Source: Hamiltosporidium tvaerminnensis FI-OER-3-3 (taxonomy: Eukaryota > Fungi > Microsporidia). From it: a stretch of DNA of 64,000 nucleotides. The position numbers and the translations under genes are program-made. Positions 34,731 through 48,452 of this stretch are shown one piece after another; positions within the stretch are counted from its first letter, which is position 1, and the number at the start of each line of letters is the position of its first letter. Where the stretch lies: positions 248,001 to 312,000 of the forward strand of contig JAKIMF020000013.1 of assembly GCA_022605425.2 (NCBI GenBank), written 5' to 3'. The notes under the pieces were generated by a model. That model saw only the letters and a list, made by a program, of their open reading frames with translations. It ran no database searches and was not told the DNA's origin.

Positions 34731-36608
34731 TATTTTAATTGGTGATTAAAAAAACGAATTCTAAAATATTTTGTTGATTTAAACAATATAATCAAATAAT
34801 GTTTTAATTTATTTCATATAACAATAAATTAAATTCAACAAAATATTTTCAAAATACTAAGAAACAAATTATTTGTTAAGATAAAATTTCTATATTAAAC
34901 TTTTATAAGTTGTAATTTTTCTGATAATTGAAAATAGTGCTTTTATAAAAGCAATATAACAGATTTATAATTTTAAAAAACACAAATAAATTTATCTTAT
35001 CAGATTAATTTATTCTTGAAAATAAAATGCAAAACTAATTTACAAATAAATTTATACATTTCAAATAAATTTTAATCTCTTTATAATTTTTCTGAATATA
35101 ACGCAAATAAAAATATGTCTATAATCTTATTAAAATATATTTTTAATAAATCGTTTTTTAATTCATACATTCTATTGGTAAATAAATTAATCCTCAATAT
35201 CTGCTTTGGTATAGAAATGCAAAACAGAACTTCTAATATTTATTTTAAAATCAATCAAAATCTAATTTTTAAATTTTTCTTACAATATTTCGTATCAAAT
35301 TAATAAATATCGTATTAATATGTGATAATACCGCCTATACTGAATTTTTTTGATATATTTAAGTATCTCTTAACATAAAATAAATGTGTAATTGAGGTAT
35401 AAAAACGCTTAAGAAGTGTGAATTTTACAAAGATTATTAAAGTTTATTTCTGCTCAAAATAATCTAATAGTAAGTAGATTATTATTTGTCATGATATTTA
35501 GTAAAGTTTAAAAGTTTAATGACAATTGAAAGGCGTTTATTAAATGTTAAAAAATAACGAAAAATATATTTTTATGAATACCTGAATATTAAAAATCGAT
35601 TTAGAAACAAGATATATAAAACTTTAAAAAATTTTGTAATACGAGAGTAAAAAAATAAGAAGGAAAAATGTATCCTTTAGATGGTATGGATATATCAATG
35701 TAAATTATTTTAAATTTTTTTATTGGTTAATTTATTGTGCAGAGTTTGGGCAAATACTATAAAGCTTTCTGATTAGCAATGTGTGTGTAGAATTGTTTGA
35801 AAATCTTTGTTTACATTTTAGTGTGATATTTACCACCCGGATCTATCAGCCAATCTCTTATAATCTTGAGTTATGACAGATTTAAATAAACAACCAGAAA
35901 ATTTTATTAATTCATCCTAGGCACTGAGTGGTAAAAGAGGCCTGAAATGAGAAATTATTTGGTTTCTATCAGTAAATTGAACAGCGAATTGTGCTTTTTT
36001 GATTAGATAGATCCCGATACGGTGGTTATTATGAATTGAAATATTAAAATAAATATCAAAAATTTTCCATATTTGAGAATAGATGAATGAAAAAAGTAAA
36101 TTAATTGCAAATTGATTCAAATATATTTAATTTGCAACAGATTTATACCGCCTTAAATATGATTTGCCAAAATACAGAAATTTTATTGATATTCATGTTA
36201 TTATCGGAATACTCTTGGTTTATTTGTCTTGATTTTTTATATATGGTATAGAACATCTAATTCTAAATTTTTTTTCGCAAAATTTCATGTTGCAACACAT
36301 CAGTAAACATTTCTTTCTTTCGGTTTTTGTCTCAATTATACTTTTGTGTGGACGAATACAAAAATAATTGAGTAAAAACTAGTGTGTAATGATTTTTTCA
36401 ACTTGATTTAGTATTCTCCTGGTAGTGTAACTAAGCACTGAAATTATCTTTCAGACAAATATATAAACTTTCAGGTGTGTACAGTAGGTAAATAATAACA
36501 TTGAAATTATCTTTAGTTTTTAATGTAAAAATATATAAATCTGTTCTATGGAAAATACTTTATCTAAATATATTTTAATTTGATAAAAAACTACTTTTTT
36601 TCTTAAAA

Positions 36609-39020
36609 ATGATTAAAAACATGAAGCTAGGCATGAATATTTATAACGATTTTTTCCTCATATATTTAATAAAATTTTCTATAAATTTAATTTTGAATGT
36701 AAATATTGGCAAAGAAAGTATAGTTTTCACATTCTTTGTAAAATTTGTGCTTGGAAGAGAAATAATTTTAGTCGCCAAAGAAGATTTAAATAACTCGTCA
36801 GATAATTTTACTTTCATCGATGAAAACTTTATATTTGGATATAAGAAGAACGATACTACGGTATTATGTCCGTGTAACCATGAAATATTTACGATAGGTA
36901 TACAATGCAGTGAAAATATTAAATATTTTCATTTTAAACTGAGAAAAATTATAATACAAAATCCCGATGAATACATTTTAAATTCTGAATTGATAAGAAA
37001 AATTAATGATGATTTTTCTATGTCAAATATTATAATTTTAGATATGTATAGTTACAGTGAAGTAAAAGAGTACATCAAATATTTACAAAATATAGATTTA
37101 GCTATGTCTGATATCAGTATTAATCAATTTTCTAAAATAATAAATTTTATAAATGAACTAAAATTCATAGATTGTAAACATATAAATGAGTTGATTTCGT
37201 TTATTGCCTTTAATACTTTTATAGTCAGAAAAGAGGAATTAAAATATGATCTAAAGGATTTGGAAAACATAGAAAAGGAATATTTTTCCGTTAAATTTGT
37301 TCTTAAAATTTTTAAATATTGCTTTAAATTTTATTTTCGTAATATTGAGGCAATTAAGAAGACAATTGGTATAAATACGGAATCAAAAAATAGTTTATAC
37401 ACAAAGCTAATAAAATATCATAACAAAAACGAAATACCAATAATTTTTTCAAAAGAAACATCAAATTTATTATATAAAATATTGATCAATAGAAATCTAT
37501 ATAGTATAATTGCAATTCTGTTTAATAGATTAAATGTCAAATGTCTAATAATATATGGCGATAATTTACATTATTTGGTTCCAAATTATATTTTCCTAGG
37601 TATTTTACCAAATAGAATTAATAAATGTAGATTTATAATTATTGAGCAAAGAATCGAGTATCTACAAAATTATTTCAAAAAGTTTTTCAACCGAACTAGT
37701 TTAAAAAAAATAGAACTTACAGTAAATTATTTAACAGAAGCATTTATAGAAGCATTGGGAAATCTACAAAATCTAGATTTTTTAAAGATTGGTATATTTG
37801 AATACAATAATGTTATATTGAATAGTATTTTGAAACTCTTAGATAGATCAACAACAATATTTATTGAATTAACATTAAGAAATATAGATTTTCACGATAT
37901 TTTTGATTCTAATACCTATAAATACCTTGAACATTATCAAGAAAGAATAAGCTTTGGCATTTTCACCAAAGATCTTAGAAACCTCAAAATCAAATTCAAA
38001 GAAATCGGAAAAATACATTTAATTACGGGTTTGAAGGTATTTCTTGATGGAAATTTGGCTAAAAATGAAAAGTATCTCACAAAATTATTTTCTTTGAAAA
38101 CTTTGTCGATAAATTTTCTTTTCAAGAATCAGTTCTTCATAAAATCAAAATTTCTGTTTCTATCAAAATTAGATAAAATAAAATCTATCAGAATGTCAAA
38201 TATTCGTATAAATAACAACCTCTTGAAATATATATTATTTTCTAAAAATTTAAAACGGATATATTTAAAAAATGTCACATTCTCAACAAAAATAAACTTT
38301 TTGAAATATGAAAGATATAAAAATTATACGTTAGAAGAATTCAGTTTAGATAAAACTGAAAATGTTCCAAGTGGGTTTTTTTCTCAATATTTAAATAGAT
38401 TTCCTACTGTTTATTTTTTAAACTATGTCCTGATTCAAACAGAAAAATTAATATTAAAATTTACCTTGGTGATGAATAATCTTTTTGATTCATTTAAACC
38501 AGATACAAAGAATATTTCACATCAGGAATACACATTCTTCCCGCAAAAATTACATTTAAACAAAGTATTTTTCGACTCGGAACTTTTTGAGAGATTATTT
38601 ATGACAGATTGGAACATTATATATTTAGAAGAGATATATCTCGAAGATCTTAAAATATACAGGGAAAACCTAATGCATTTTACGAAAATTAATTCCTTGC
38701 AAATAATATCACTCCATTCAGTAATTTTTGCGGATAGCAATTTTTCCGACATATTTTTACAAATTTCAAACCTTACAATTCAAGTAATTATATTAAAGAA
38801 TATAGAAATACATGAAGTAGATCTTCTTAGACTCAACAAATTAATTAATCTAAAAATTTTGGAAATAAATTTTTGTAATTTTTCTGCCAAATATATAAAA
38901 TTATTGAGATATTCACATTTTAGAACATTGTCCAGATTTTATTTTAGAGGTTACTTGTTTTCTAAGAAACTAAGGAATATTTTTGACGAAAACTTTTCTT
39001 CAAATGTACTGACTAAGTAA
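36609..39020 (+). CDS. Leucine-rich-repeat-like protein with hydrophobic N-terminus and possible BTB/SKP1-like domain
   Basis: 803-aa ORF; degenerate LxxLxxLxL repeats (LGNLQNLDFLKI, LSKLDKIKSIRM, LNKLINLKILEINFC); aa ~115-190 resemble BTB spacing. Confidence 0.75.
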   Translation: MIKNMKLGMNIYNDFFLIYLIKFSINLILNVNIGKESIVFTFFVKFVLGREIILVAKEDLNNSSDNFTFIDENFIFGYKKNDTTVLCPCNHEIFTIGIQCSENIKYFHFKLRKIIIQNPDEYILNSELIRKINDDFSMSNIIILDMYSYSEVKEYIKYLQNIDLAMSDISINQFSKIINFINELKFIDCKHINELISFIAFNTFIVRKEELKYDLKDLENIEKEYFSVKFVLKIFKYCFKFYFRNIEAIKKTIGINTESKNSLYTKLIKYHNKNEIPIIFSKETSNLLYKILINRNLYSIIAILFNRLNVKCLIIYGDNLHYLVPNYIFLGILPNRINKCRFIIIEQRIEYLQNYFKKFFNRTSLKKIELTVNYLTEAFIEALGNLQNLDFLKIGIFEYNNVILNSILKLLDRSTTIFIELTLRNIDFHDIFDSNTYKYLEHYQERISFGIFTKDLRNLKIKFKEIGKIHLITGLKVFLDGNLAKNEKYLTKLFSLKTLSINFLFKNQFFIKSKFLFLSKLDKIKSIRMSNIRINNNLLKYILFSKNLKRIYLKNVTFSTKINFLKYERYKNYTLEEFSLDKTENVPSGFFSQYLNRFPTVYFLNYVLIQTEKLILKFTLVMNNLFDSFKPDTKNISHQEYTFFPQKLHLNKVFFDSELFERLFMTDWNIIYLEEIYLEDLKIYRENLMHFTKINSLQIISLHSVIFADSNFSDIFLQISNLTIQVIILKNIEIHEVDLLRLNKLINLKILEINFCNFSAKYIKLLRYSHFRTLSRFYFRGYLFSKKLRNIFDENFSSNVLTK

Positions 39021-39784
39021 TTTAATTTGTAAATTCAATTTAACAAATTTTAGTGCAAACCATATATAACCGGATTATTAAATGTCATATTTTATTCTGT
39101 CCCTCTATCAAAATATAAAAAAATCTATAATAAAATGCCGTCTTCTCGGACTTACACCAATGTTTTAACTTTTAAAATTTCTACCGTTTAAATTGTATTT
39201 TCCATTTTCTATATATTCGATTTTGGAAGAATTTCTTCCTAAAAATATACGTAATTTTAGGTTGTTATTTTATTATGTCACATCTCACTTTTAGTCTGCT
39301 TCCTTCTCGTTCTTGATTGTATTTACTTGTTATATCACATTAATTTGCGTATAAACATGTTATTAGAAACCTAAAAAAAATATTTTTTTGCAACCCTTTA
39401 ATTTATACTGTATTTTGATAAGTTAGGTCTGATTTTATTCATTTTTTAAATTTTCATATATTTGTTTTTAGATTAAAATACAAAGTGTGTCACTAATAAA
39501 GGAAAAGTAACAAAACCAAAAGAGAAGACAAACATATAAAAAAACGAAATGAAAGAAAAATACTTGCAATTCAAATTTTTTTTATTTGTTGGTAAATTTT
39601 CTTTTACTTCGTTGTTTTATATGTTTGTACTTTTATAATTTCCTTTTTTTTAATTTCTATTTCAGATATTTTTACAAATTCTTTTATATTTTTTTCCTTT
39701 CCATTTTTTACTTTTTTTAAATTAGTTTTAATATATTTTCTATTTTTTTTAATCAAAACGAAAACTTCATTCAAAGTTATATAC

Positions 39785-40790
39785 TGCAAGGAAAAATGAG
39801 CTTTTAAATGTTAGTGACTCTTCAAGATGGCTAAAGAAAGGGAATATTAGGCCATGCAATGAAGCTGTGTTCTGCTATATCCAGGATAGAAATGTATTCT
39901 AGGGAGTAGATGGTATGTGTCAACATTGCGGGAATTCGGTAAGACTTTAGATCATCTAGCAACTCGATGTGAAAAAATGCTAGGCCATGACTACACCAGA
40001 CGGCATAATGAAGTGGTTAGACGCCTACACCTACTTCTTCTAAATAGATATAAGTTTAAGTCTTCAAAACGAATAAGGAGTCACTCAGTTCAAGAAATTC
40101 TTGATAATGAGTGTGCAGAGATAAGAGTGGACACCAGAATTAAAAATGATGTTAAAATTCGGAATAACAGACCGGACATATTTATTTTAGATAAGAAGAA
40201 GAATAATATAACACTCATTGAAGTAGGAATCACTTCCCAAGATTCACTTCAAATAGTTAAAACTGAAAAAATTAGGAAGTATGACCTGCTAGCCAATGAG
40301 TTCGGTCTTATTTATAGGTGTAGTGTTGAGATAATCCCTTATGTGATGACCTGGGACGGTATTGTGACAAAATACCATAAATCTCATCTTAGAAGACTAG
40401 AAATACCCATGAATGTAGAGGCATACATTCAGTCTATAGTACTTAAGAAGACGGTCGAAATAATTTCCTTTGATCGACGAAGAGGACTTGAGTCAGGACT
40501 AAATGCCGAAGAGAGCTGGGAGAGAGCGTCAATGGGTGTTATTATGAGATCAGAGATGCATGAAGAACCAATACCCCCTTTAAAAGAAGCGAAAAGAGAG
40601 GAAGATGGTGTTAAAATTTTAAACCAAAAAATAAAGCACCCTTTATTTCACAAGGAGGAACCACTTTAGAGGAACCGACCAATAACATAAATGAAGAGTC
40701 GAATTTGGAAGAAGAGACAATAGTGGTTAAAGAGGTAGAAGAAAACATATAAAAATGGTAAAAATATTTTAACCCAGAATTTTATTAAAT
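39785..40790 (+). mobile_element. 5'-truncated RLE retrotransposon (same subfamily as 10095-11840)
   Basis: Near-identical to 10836-11840; 250-aa ORF with RRHN and RPDIFILD..LIEVGIT. Confidence 0.92.
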
Positions 40791-41624
40791 CAACTATTTT
40801 TTTAATTTATTTGAAATTTTTTGAGTTAAAAATAGGGTTGTTTTTTTTTAAAGTTCTTTAATTAGTGACAAAATATATTTTCACCTACCAAAAAAAAAGA
40901 AGCATAAATACTAATCTTTTTTCGAGACCCCAGCTGATTTAACAAATGTGATGATCTGCTGGATTATACTTTTGGTCAGGGTAAAATTCAGCACAGGAGA
41001 CATAATTTGAAGGGTGAGTAAATATAAAATACGAAACTAAATATTGTCTTTTATATTAAAAAATTTTCTGTTTAAAACTTTAAAAACAATAAATCTCTCC
41101 ATTACTAGATTTAACTGATGTATTAAATATTCCCAAGAATATTTGCACAAACGATGGATAAAATTTTTTCGCACCTAAAATGCAATTTATTCCTTCTTAT
41201 TTAACCACTATATTTTTCCTCTGATTCGAATCTTTATATCGCGAATTATTTTTTTAAGTTGCGACTTCTAAAAAATGAAGTATTATACTTTTTGTTTTTA
41301 TTCGTTCAACTCATTTGTTTTGTTAGTTAGTGTCTTAAATGATCTTTTGAATGTCCATGTCATAAAATCTCTTGTAAATCACTTAAAAAGGTTATATACC
41401 AGTTATTTTCAACATTAGATCCGAATTCAAGCTCTTTTTATTGAATTAAGACATATTACTTTTTGGTTTATTGTTTTGTGTAAATTGATAAGATATTCTA
41501 ATATAATCTAATATAGGTTGGATGAATTATTTTTGGGTATATTCGAACGAGATTTCAATATATATCTAAAAAAAAAATATTTTTCTATTTTAAGTTATAT
41601 AAACCAATTATTTCTAATGAAAAA

Positions 41625-41830
41625 TAATTTCTGATTTATTACAAAGAAAGGTAAAAAACAAATATCTATATATATTTACACTCATTTGTTACATGAATAT
41701 TCATTTATAATAATTTCTGATGGATTACAAAGAAAGATAAGAAACAAATATCTATGTATATTTACACTCATTTGTTATATGACTGTTATACGTTAAAATT
41801 ATTTCTGATATATTACAAAGAAAGATAAAA
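41625..41830. repeat. Tandem repeat, ~87-bp unit x2.3
   Basis: tttctgat..attacaaagaaag at about 41628, 41714 and 41802. Confidence 0.85.
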
Positions 41831-41877
41831 AGAGATAATTTTTTTATTAATTTATACAATATTCTCCCCTCGCTGCA

Positions 41878-42246
41878 ATGGAATTAAACGAATTAGATAA
41901 AAACGATTGGTTGGATTTTAAGAATGAAAATATAAAAATTAAAATGAAAGATTTAAATAGGAATATAACAGTGGCTGAGCAGAAAAATTTATACGGTTTT
42001 ACTGTAAATACTTTTAAAGAATATAAAAGATATTTAAGAAGAAGATTAATTAAGAATAAAATATCAAAGAATGGATGTGTCACGATTATTGACAAAGAAT
42101 TTACGAAACTAGATTCTTTTATGAGTTGGATAAACTTTATAATTGGATTTCTTATTTTTTTTACTTTCAAATCGGTAAGAAACATTACTTTTAGTGTTAA
42201 AAATATTTATTTGTATATAATTAAGAGATATTCATGTATAAAATAA
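41878..42246 (+). CDS. Hypothetical 122-aa protein with one C-terminal hydrophobic segment
   Basis: cccc motif shortly before the ATG; WINFIIGFLIFFTF segment; flanked on both sides by tandem duplications like the conserved genes. Confidence 0.55.
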   Translation: MELNELDKNDWLDFKNENIKIKMKDLNRNITVAEQKNLYGFTVNTFKEYKRYLRRRLIKNKISKNGCVTIIDKEFTKLDSFMSWINFIIGFLIFFTFKSVRNITFSVKNIYLYIIKRYSCIK

Positions 42247-42343
42247 TGTCTAAATTTATTCCTTTATTAGGATTAATTTGGTTTAAATTCCAAAATTTAT
42301 TTAAGAATAAAAAATATTTTGATCCTTTATCTATAATTTCATT

Positions 42344-42554
42344 TTTATGATATAATATATTAAATGCTCAATTATTTCGTTTACTTTTGCCTGCATTATT
42401 TCATCGTTTAGCATATATTTATGATATATTAATATTAAATGCTCAATTATTTCTTTTATCTTTTGCCTGCATTATTTCATCGTTTAGCATATATTTATGA
42501 TATAATATATTAAATGCTCAATTATTTCGTTTACTTTTGCCTGCATTATTTCAC
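42344..42554. repeat. Tandem repeat, ~75-bp unit x3
   Basis: attaaatgctcaattatttc...ttttgcctgcattatttca occurs three times. Confidence 0.9.
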
Positions 42555-45500
42555 CGTCTCTCACTCACTTTTTTTCCTTTCCTACATTTTATGCTTACTT
42601 AATATTCTAAGTTAAAACATAATCTTCAATTTTTTAGTCTAAAATTGGAATTTAAATAATTTAGGTTTTTGTATGCTTAAAATATTCCTTCTCGTCAATA
42701 TATACATGTCCTAGAAGTGTATTATGTTTATAAGTTTTGTTTTCATATTAAAGTATTAAACAACTCTCATATACATTTAAAAAGGTTTTGTTTGATTCAA
42801 CCCAAATGAACTTTATCGATGAATTTAAACAAAATCAGATAAATATATAAATCTAATCATATTATATAGTAGTTTTTAGGGTAATTTTTGATTATTATGT
42901 CACAATACTGTCACATGTTATTACATATGAATTTTTTCATATAAAATTTATAAATAGGACTTAATTCATTGGCCAATAAAGAGTAATTTCATAGTTTTTT
43001 GTTTCAACAATTCTAAGTAAATCTTGTAAAGTATTTACGGTTTCGAAGTGTTTATATGATTGAATTTGTCCGTTATCTTTAATAAAATATATAATAATCT
43101 ATAATTTTACTAGCTTATAAATTTTTAATGAATTTCTTTTATTTTGAAACATTTCTTTCGTGTTTTTACTTTTCTAATATACAAAGAATTTTAAAATATT
43201 TTTTTTAATAATATTTTCAAATTTAAACGGTTAAATAATATTCAACTGTTAAAACCTAGAATGTTTTACCAATGCTCTAAAAATAAGAAATAATTTAATA
43301 TAAATTTCATGATTTTTCTACGCTATAATCCACATTTTCTATGTTTCTTTATATTCCTTTCATATAATTTATTATGCCTTTATCCTGAATTTGTTATAGG
43401 TAGGTTTTAGTCTTCTTTTATATTTTTTCATGGTCGGTTAGAGAACATTATTAGTCGTTTTATTAAAATAAATTTATATACATTTTTTACAGTTTTATTA
43501 TACGACTAGGTGTTAAGCTCCTAGAAACGAACTGTCTTTTACATTCATAAGAATAAAATGCCATAATCTTACACACCATGATCTACTCCATAATTCCTCA
43601 ATCCTTTCAATAAAATTTTTACTCTCACCTAGTCTGTTTCTTGTATATTTTTAATCTATCATATCACGTTTTTAGTAGTCTTCAGGTATTTCTCAATAAA
43701 ATTAAGGATATTTTTTAATTAACATATTTTTCTTCAATTTTCATTAAATTTCAATTTTTCAGATCTTTAGCTCGGGGCTTTATGTTTAGAGTGTTCACTT
43801 TCCACCTATTTGAATTCAATTCTTTCTTTTTTCTCGAAGACATTAATTCAGATGAAGAATTTTCTTTGTCTAAAATCATTCTTTTAACTATATTCTGTAC
43901 TATTTAATTTATTTATTGCATAAATTCTTAGCATTTTTTCAAAAATCTTTTGATTTAATCAAGTATAAAGTTCCATGAATCTATTCAAGCAATATTTGTT
44001 TTATAGAATTATTATTGAGAATATAAATAAAATGCACGGAATAACGGCAAAAAAGCATCAGTTATATCATAAATGTTTTATGCAACTGTAAATTCCTAGA
44101 AAAGAAATCCTAACAAATTGACTTAAACTTTGTATTAAACGGAATACTTTAGAAAAAGGAAAAAAAATAATATGGTATTCTCGATACACAATCAAATTTG
44201 GAAAAAAAATTACGAATTATATAAAATATTTTTTTTGAACAAATAGAAATTCTTTATTTGTTTTATGTTCAGTTCAACTCACTCTTATTGGTTGTGTAAG
44301 TTTTATATACAAATAGAAAGATCATATTTTGATTGAAGTACTCTTAATAGCGTCTTGCAATGTTTTAACCAATTACCTTTTTTAAGGTGAGTCGTCGAAG
44401 AGACTTTACTGAATTGAAAATCATTTGATTTTTAATTCTCAGGGGCAGCGATAAAGTAAAAATATATTTTTTTATACTCAAAGGATGTAAATTTTTTTGA
44501 AACAACATCGGAAATTTATTTTTTCAATTCAATAAATATCTCTAATTAATCAATAAAAATAATTTGATGCGATTCATACTAATTTTTAAGCCTTTAGAGC
44601 GTTTTATTTTTTATAATTTCTCCACTTTACTTGTATGTATAAACAGTAAATTATTTACCCAAAAGGTAATTAAAATTTTATATTTCTATTTCTTTAGAAT
44701 AAATTATTTCAGTTCTGGCTAGATTTAGATATCTTACTTAACTTAGAAGAGGGTTTTATTATTTATTTATCTTAAACTAAAAAATAGCTTTAAACTTTAA
44801 TTGTTTCTCAATTTTTTTCAATAAAAAGAATTTCATTTTCTAATATAGAATCGTTATCTGCTGTATAATTCTTAAATATTACATTAATGCGTTTATAATA
44901 TTTTTTATACTAAAATACAAAACACCTGGTACTAATTTAGAACTTAAAATATAAGGTATAAAGTTATATGTTATCTGGTTTCTATGATGCATTAGTTGCT
45001 ATAAATTAATGTTCTACAAAATTTTTAGCTTCCGGACCATATTGACTTCTACAAAAAGTCACGAGGATCAATAATGCCTTATCTTTTAAAACAGCCTAAG
45101 GAAAGATATTTCTCTAAAGTTTATTATTGATATTTTTTCATATGATGTTAAAAATTTTATTCAGATGTGTTAAAAAAATAAAAATGTATCGTAAAAATAT
45201 AGTCAAAGAAAAATATTAAATTAATTATTTAAATTTCATAAAGCCTCTATTCACAATTTTCAATAATTCTCAGAAATTTTTTTGAGTGTTTATTCCGGTT
45301 TTTGGCTTTGCCCAAGTGTGTAAATAATCATTCTCGAAAATATATTTTCAAATTATATTTATACATCCAAATAAACAGATAATAACTTGATATTGATAAT
45401 TTTTAAATCAAATAAGATCCCTCAATTTCAAAGAAGTAAGTAGGTTCATCAATTTTATAAACCACTAATTATGCCTCAGACTCTCGTCATTTAATTTTGT

Positions 45501-46000
45501 TTTAGTATAAAGTAATATAAAAGAATTTATGTTTTAAAAAAGTCTCGAACCCAAATAAATTTTATTCGATTACAAATCCATAATAAAAAGTAACTAAAAT
45601 TTTAATTTTCTGTGTATAATTTGTTTATATTTTCTTATTTTTTTTTAGCTTATTAAATATAAAATCACTAACTCCACCAAAAAAATTGTGACACCTAGAT
45701 GCAAGTAATATCTTGAAACCATCGCTTATGAATGATATTTGTCAGAGGGTCGTATTTTTGAGAAACCTGGCATAAGCCATTAATTTTCACCCTAATTTAC
45801 TGATATCTTTAATTGACATCATTTTGCAACTAAAAAAATATGATTTACATCTTGGTATATAATATACTCTGTCTTGTATCATATTTCATACGGATTTTAT
45901 TTTTAGTTAAGAAAGATAACTTTTAGAGAGAACCATTTCTTTACTTATGAGTTTATTAATTAATAGATTCATTAACTAAAAATGAGATTATAAAATCGTA

Positions 46001-46183
46001 TTAGTTATTAAAAAAACCATAAAAGCATTTTTTTAACGAGTTGCCGTAATTTTCGGGAAGGCAGCTAAGTTCGAAGTACGTCTCCAACAAGGAGATTGTC
46101 TTCCTGCTCACCATTCCTTTGTTCTTGTATGAAGAATTGTTTTTGTAGTTAGAATAATCGTCTTTATTTATTTTATTCACCAT
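46001..46183 (-). CDS. Possible 60-aa ORF (or structured RNA) in a local GC-rich island
   Basis: gccATGg start; ISLLETYFELSCLP is weakly like homeodomain helix 1; short hairpins also present. Confidence 0.25.
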   Translation of the reverse strand: MVNKINKDDYSNYKNNSSYKNKGMVSRKTISLLETYFELSCLPENYGNSLKKCFYGFFNN

Positions 46184-47231
46184 GGCACACACCTCTTTTT
46201 TATTTAAAAATATAAAATAAAAATATTTTATTTTTGTGATATAAATAATATCACACGAATTTTATCAAATTTGACTTTTATTCTTTTTACTAAAATTGAC
46301 TAAAAAAGATGATTTATTCGTATAAATCAAAACTATTTGTAATTGATTTCGTGTTATACTTATGTCTTTACTATTTTAAATTGAAGTAAATATCACATAA
46401 GTTAAAAAAGAACAACTCTTTTATATATTTATTTATACTATTCTTAATTAATTTTTTAATTATTTGTAATAATATCTTCTCAACAGTTTTTTAATTTAAT
46501 TTCGAAGTAAAAAAAGATTTTTTCTTTCTCTTTTATACATTTCTTTAGCAATCCTTTAATTACCTTAATTTCCTCTTCAAAATTTTACTCTTTATTTGTG
46601 TGTATTGCCAGTCATTTAAAAGTTTTTTCAGATCCAAAATAAAAGATAAAATATTTTTTGTTTTTACTTGTTTAATATTATATTCCTTTTTATCTGTTTG
46701 GTTCACCGTGATTATTAGTTTCTCATGTGTTTTAACTCTTTTAATATATGTGGGATGCTATTTTTAACTCTATACGTAATTATATATTTAAATACATGTA
46801 TAATTAGTTTAAAATGCAAAAAAAATTGCTATATTTGCAAATATTTTACATTAAGTAATAATTTATTATTTCTATACTTTCTCTACACATTGAATTTATT
46901 TTCCTTTTTTTAAATAAAATGTGAACCATTTCAAATATTTTCTTATGTACCGAACCAAAAACAATGTTCGTTTGAATTTTACTTTAATTCGTAATAATAA
47001 TTTATTATTACCTTGAAAAAAATCATAAAACTCAAATTCGTTAATTTCAATTTAAGAAAAAGGTAATTTAAAAAACTGTAAAAAAAAAACTTAAAATTTA
47101 CAAAAAATAAGTTATAAAACACATATTTGAAAAAAAGGCAAAAAATAATTCAAAATTAGAGAAAAAAAAAGAAAATATAAAATAAAAAGCACGAATTTAT
47201 CAACAAAAATGACTCTAATACCAAATTATTT

Positions 47232-48452
47232 TTACACTTCAAAAAATTCATTTTCTTGTAAAAGAAGAACGACATCCAACGCACTTGTATTTCCACACCT
47301 ATCATTTCCAAAACTTAAATTATAATTATCATAAAAATCATTATTTTTTAATTCCGTGTACGCTCTGTAACAATCAGTTATAAATAAAAAATTAATTTTA
47401 ACAGAATTTTCACCAAACTGTATTTTTTCAATTTCTCCAAAATCTTTACAATCCTGCTGTACTTTAGTATAAGTAAGTTCATCATCAATAGGTTCAATCT
47501 TTAAAACTCTGGTTGCATGGTTGTATACAGCTAGAATACCAGGTACAGGTGTAGGTGTATTATTACCATAATTGACTTTTATTCGGTATCCTTTTATATT
47601 CAAAGGACTTTTATTACAAAGTGAAATAAATGAAGCAGCAGATAAAGAAGACATAAATGTAATAAATGCACATTTCTTTTCTCTGTGTATTTTTAAGCAG
47701 AATATACTACCACCTTTTATAGAATCTAATATATCCTCAGCTGATATATCATTTTGTATATTTCCTAAATATACTGTCTTATTACTATTGAAGAGAGAAA
47801 TACTTTTTTCATCAGTATCTGACATTTGTCTAAAGCACCGATCCCATCCGAATCCAAATCTTTTATTTGTAAATAAAGGATCTTTCATTGTATTTTCAAT
47901 AAATTTTATAGCAGAATAGAAAGAAAAATAATCACAGTAAATTATACTTTTATCTTTTACAATTCTTATAGTTTCTACCTCTCCGAATTCTTTACAATAT
48001 TCTGTAAAAAAAGTTTCATCAAGAAATTCGTCTAAAACTAGAAATACAGATCGAGTTGCACCTAAATTATGGATATTTTCTATATTTAAAGATAATTTAG
48101 ATGATTGTTCAATACCTATAGATATTGTAGTATTATCTATAACAACTTCTTGATTAGATAAATCTATATAGCATCTATAAAGAGATGTATAATCAAAAAA
48201 ATGTACTTTTCCTAAATTCTGCATTTTGTCTATTTCTACATTTTCTATATCTCCATGTGTAATAAAATCTAATATATCTTGTAATTTGGCAGTGCTTGGA
48301 AGATTTTTAAAAACCAAAGTTCGCAATTTAAAAATATCATTTATATTTTCTGGTAAATCGTAAAAATCCGTTTCTGGTATATCTTCTTCATCCATGTGTG
48401 AGGGCAGGAAAATATATTTTCTTTCTTTAAATTGTAATAAATAATTTTTCAT
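47232..48452 (-). CDS. Four-RRM RNA-binding protein, Mrn1 / S. pombe Nrd1(Msa2)-like
   Basis: Two tandem RRM pairs: RTLVFKNL, GATRSVFL..FGEVETIRI..FGWDRC, TVYLGNI..GG..EKKCAFITF and ATRVLKI..FGEIEKI..FGNDRC. Confidence 0.85.
   Translation of the reverse strand: MKNYLLQFKERKYIFLPSHMDEEDIPETDFYDLPENINDIFKLRTLVFKNLPSTAKLQDILDFITHGDIENVEIDKMQNLGKVHFFDYTSLYRCYIDLSNQEVVIDNTTISIGIEQSSKLSLNIENIHNLGATRSVFLVLDEFLDETFFTEYCKEFGEVETIRIVKDKSIIYCDYFSFYSAIKFIENTMKDPLFTNKRFGFGWDRCFRQMSDTDEKSISLFNSNKTVYLGNIQNDISAEDILDSIKGGSIFCLKIHREKKCAFITFMSSLSAASFISLCNKSPLNIKGYRIKVNYGNNTPTPVPGILAVYNHATRVLKIEPIDDELTYTKVQQDCKDFGEIEKIQFGENSVKINFLFITDCYRAYTELKNNDFYDNYNLSFGNDRCGNTSALDVVLLLQENEFFEV

Noticed and set aside
43000-44000. 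Coding-like minus-strand patches (also ~27300-27550, 29050-29540 and 35800-36400)
   Set aside because: Probably decayed genes or TEs, but too fragmented to assign boundaries or a product.
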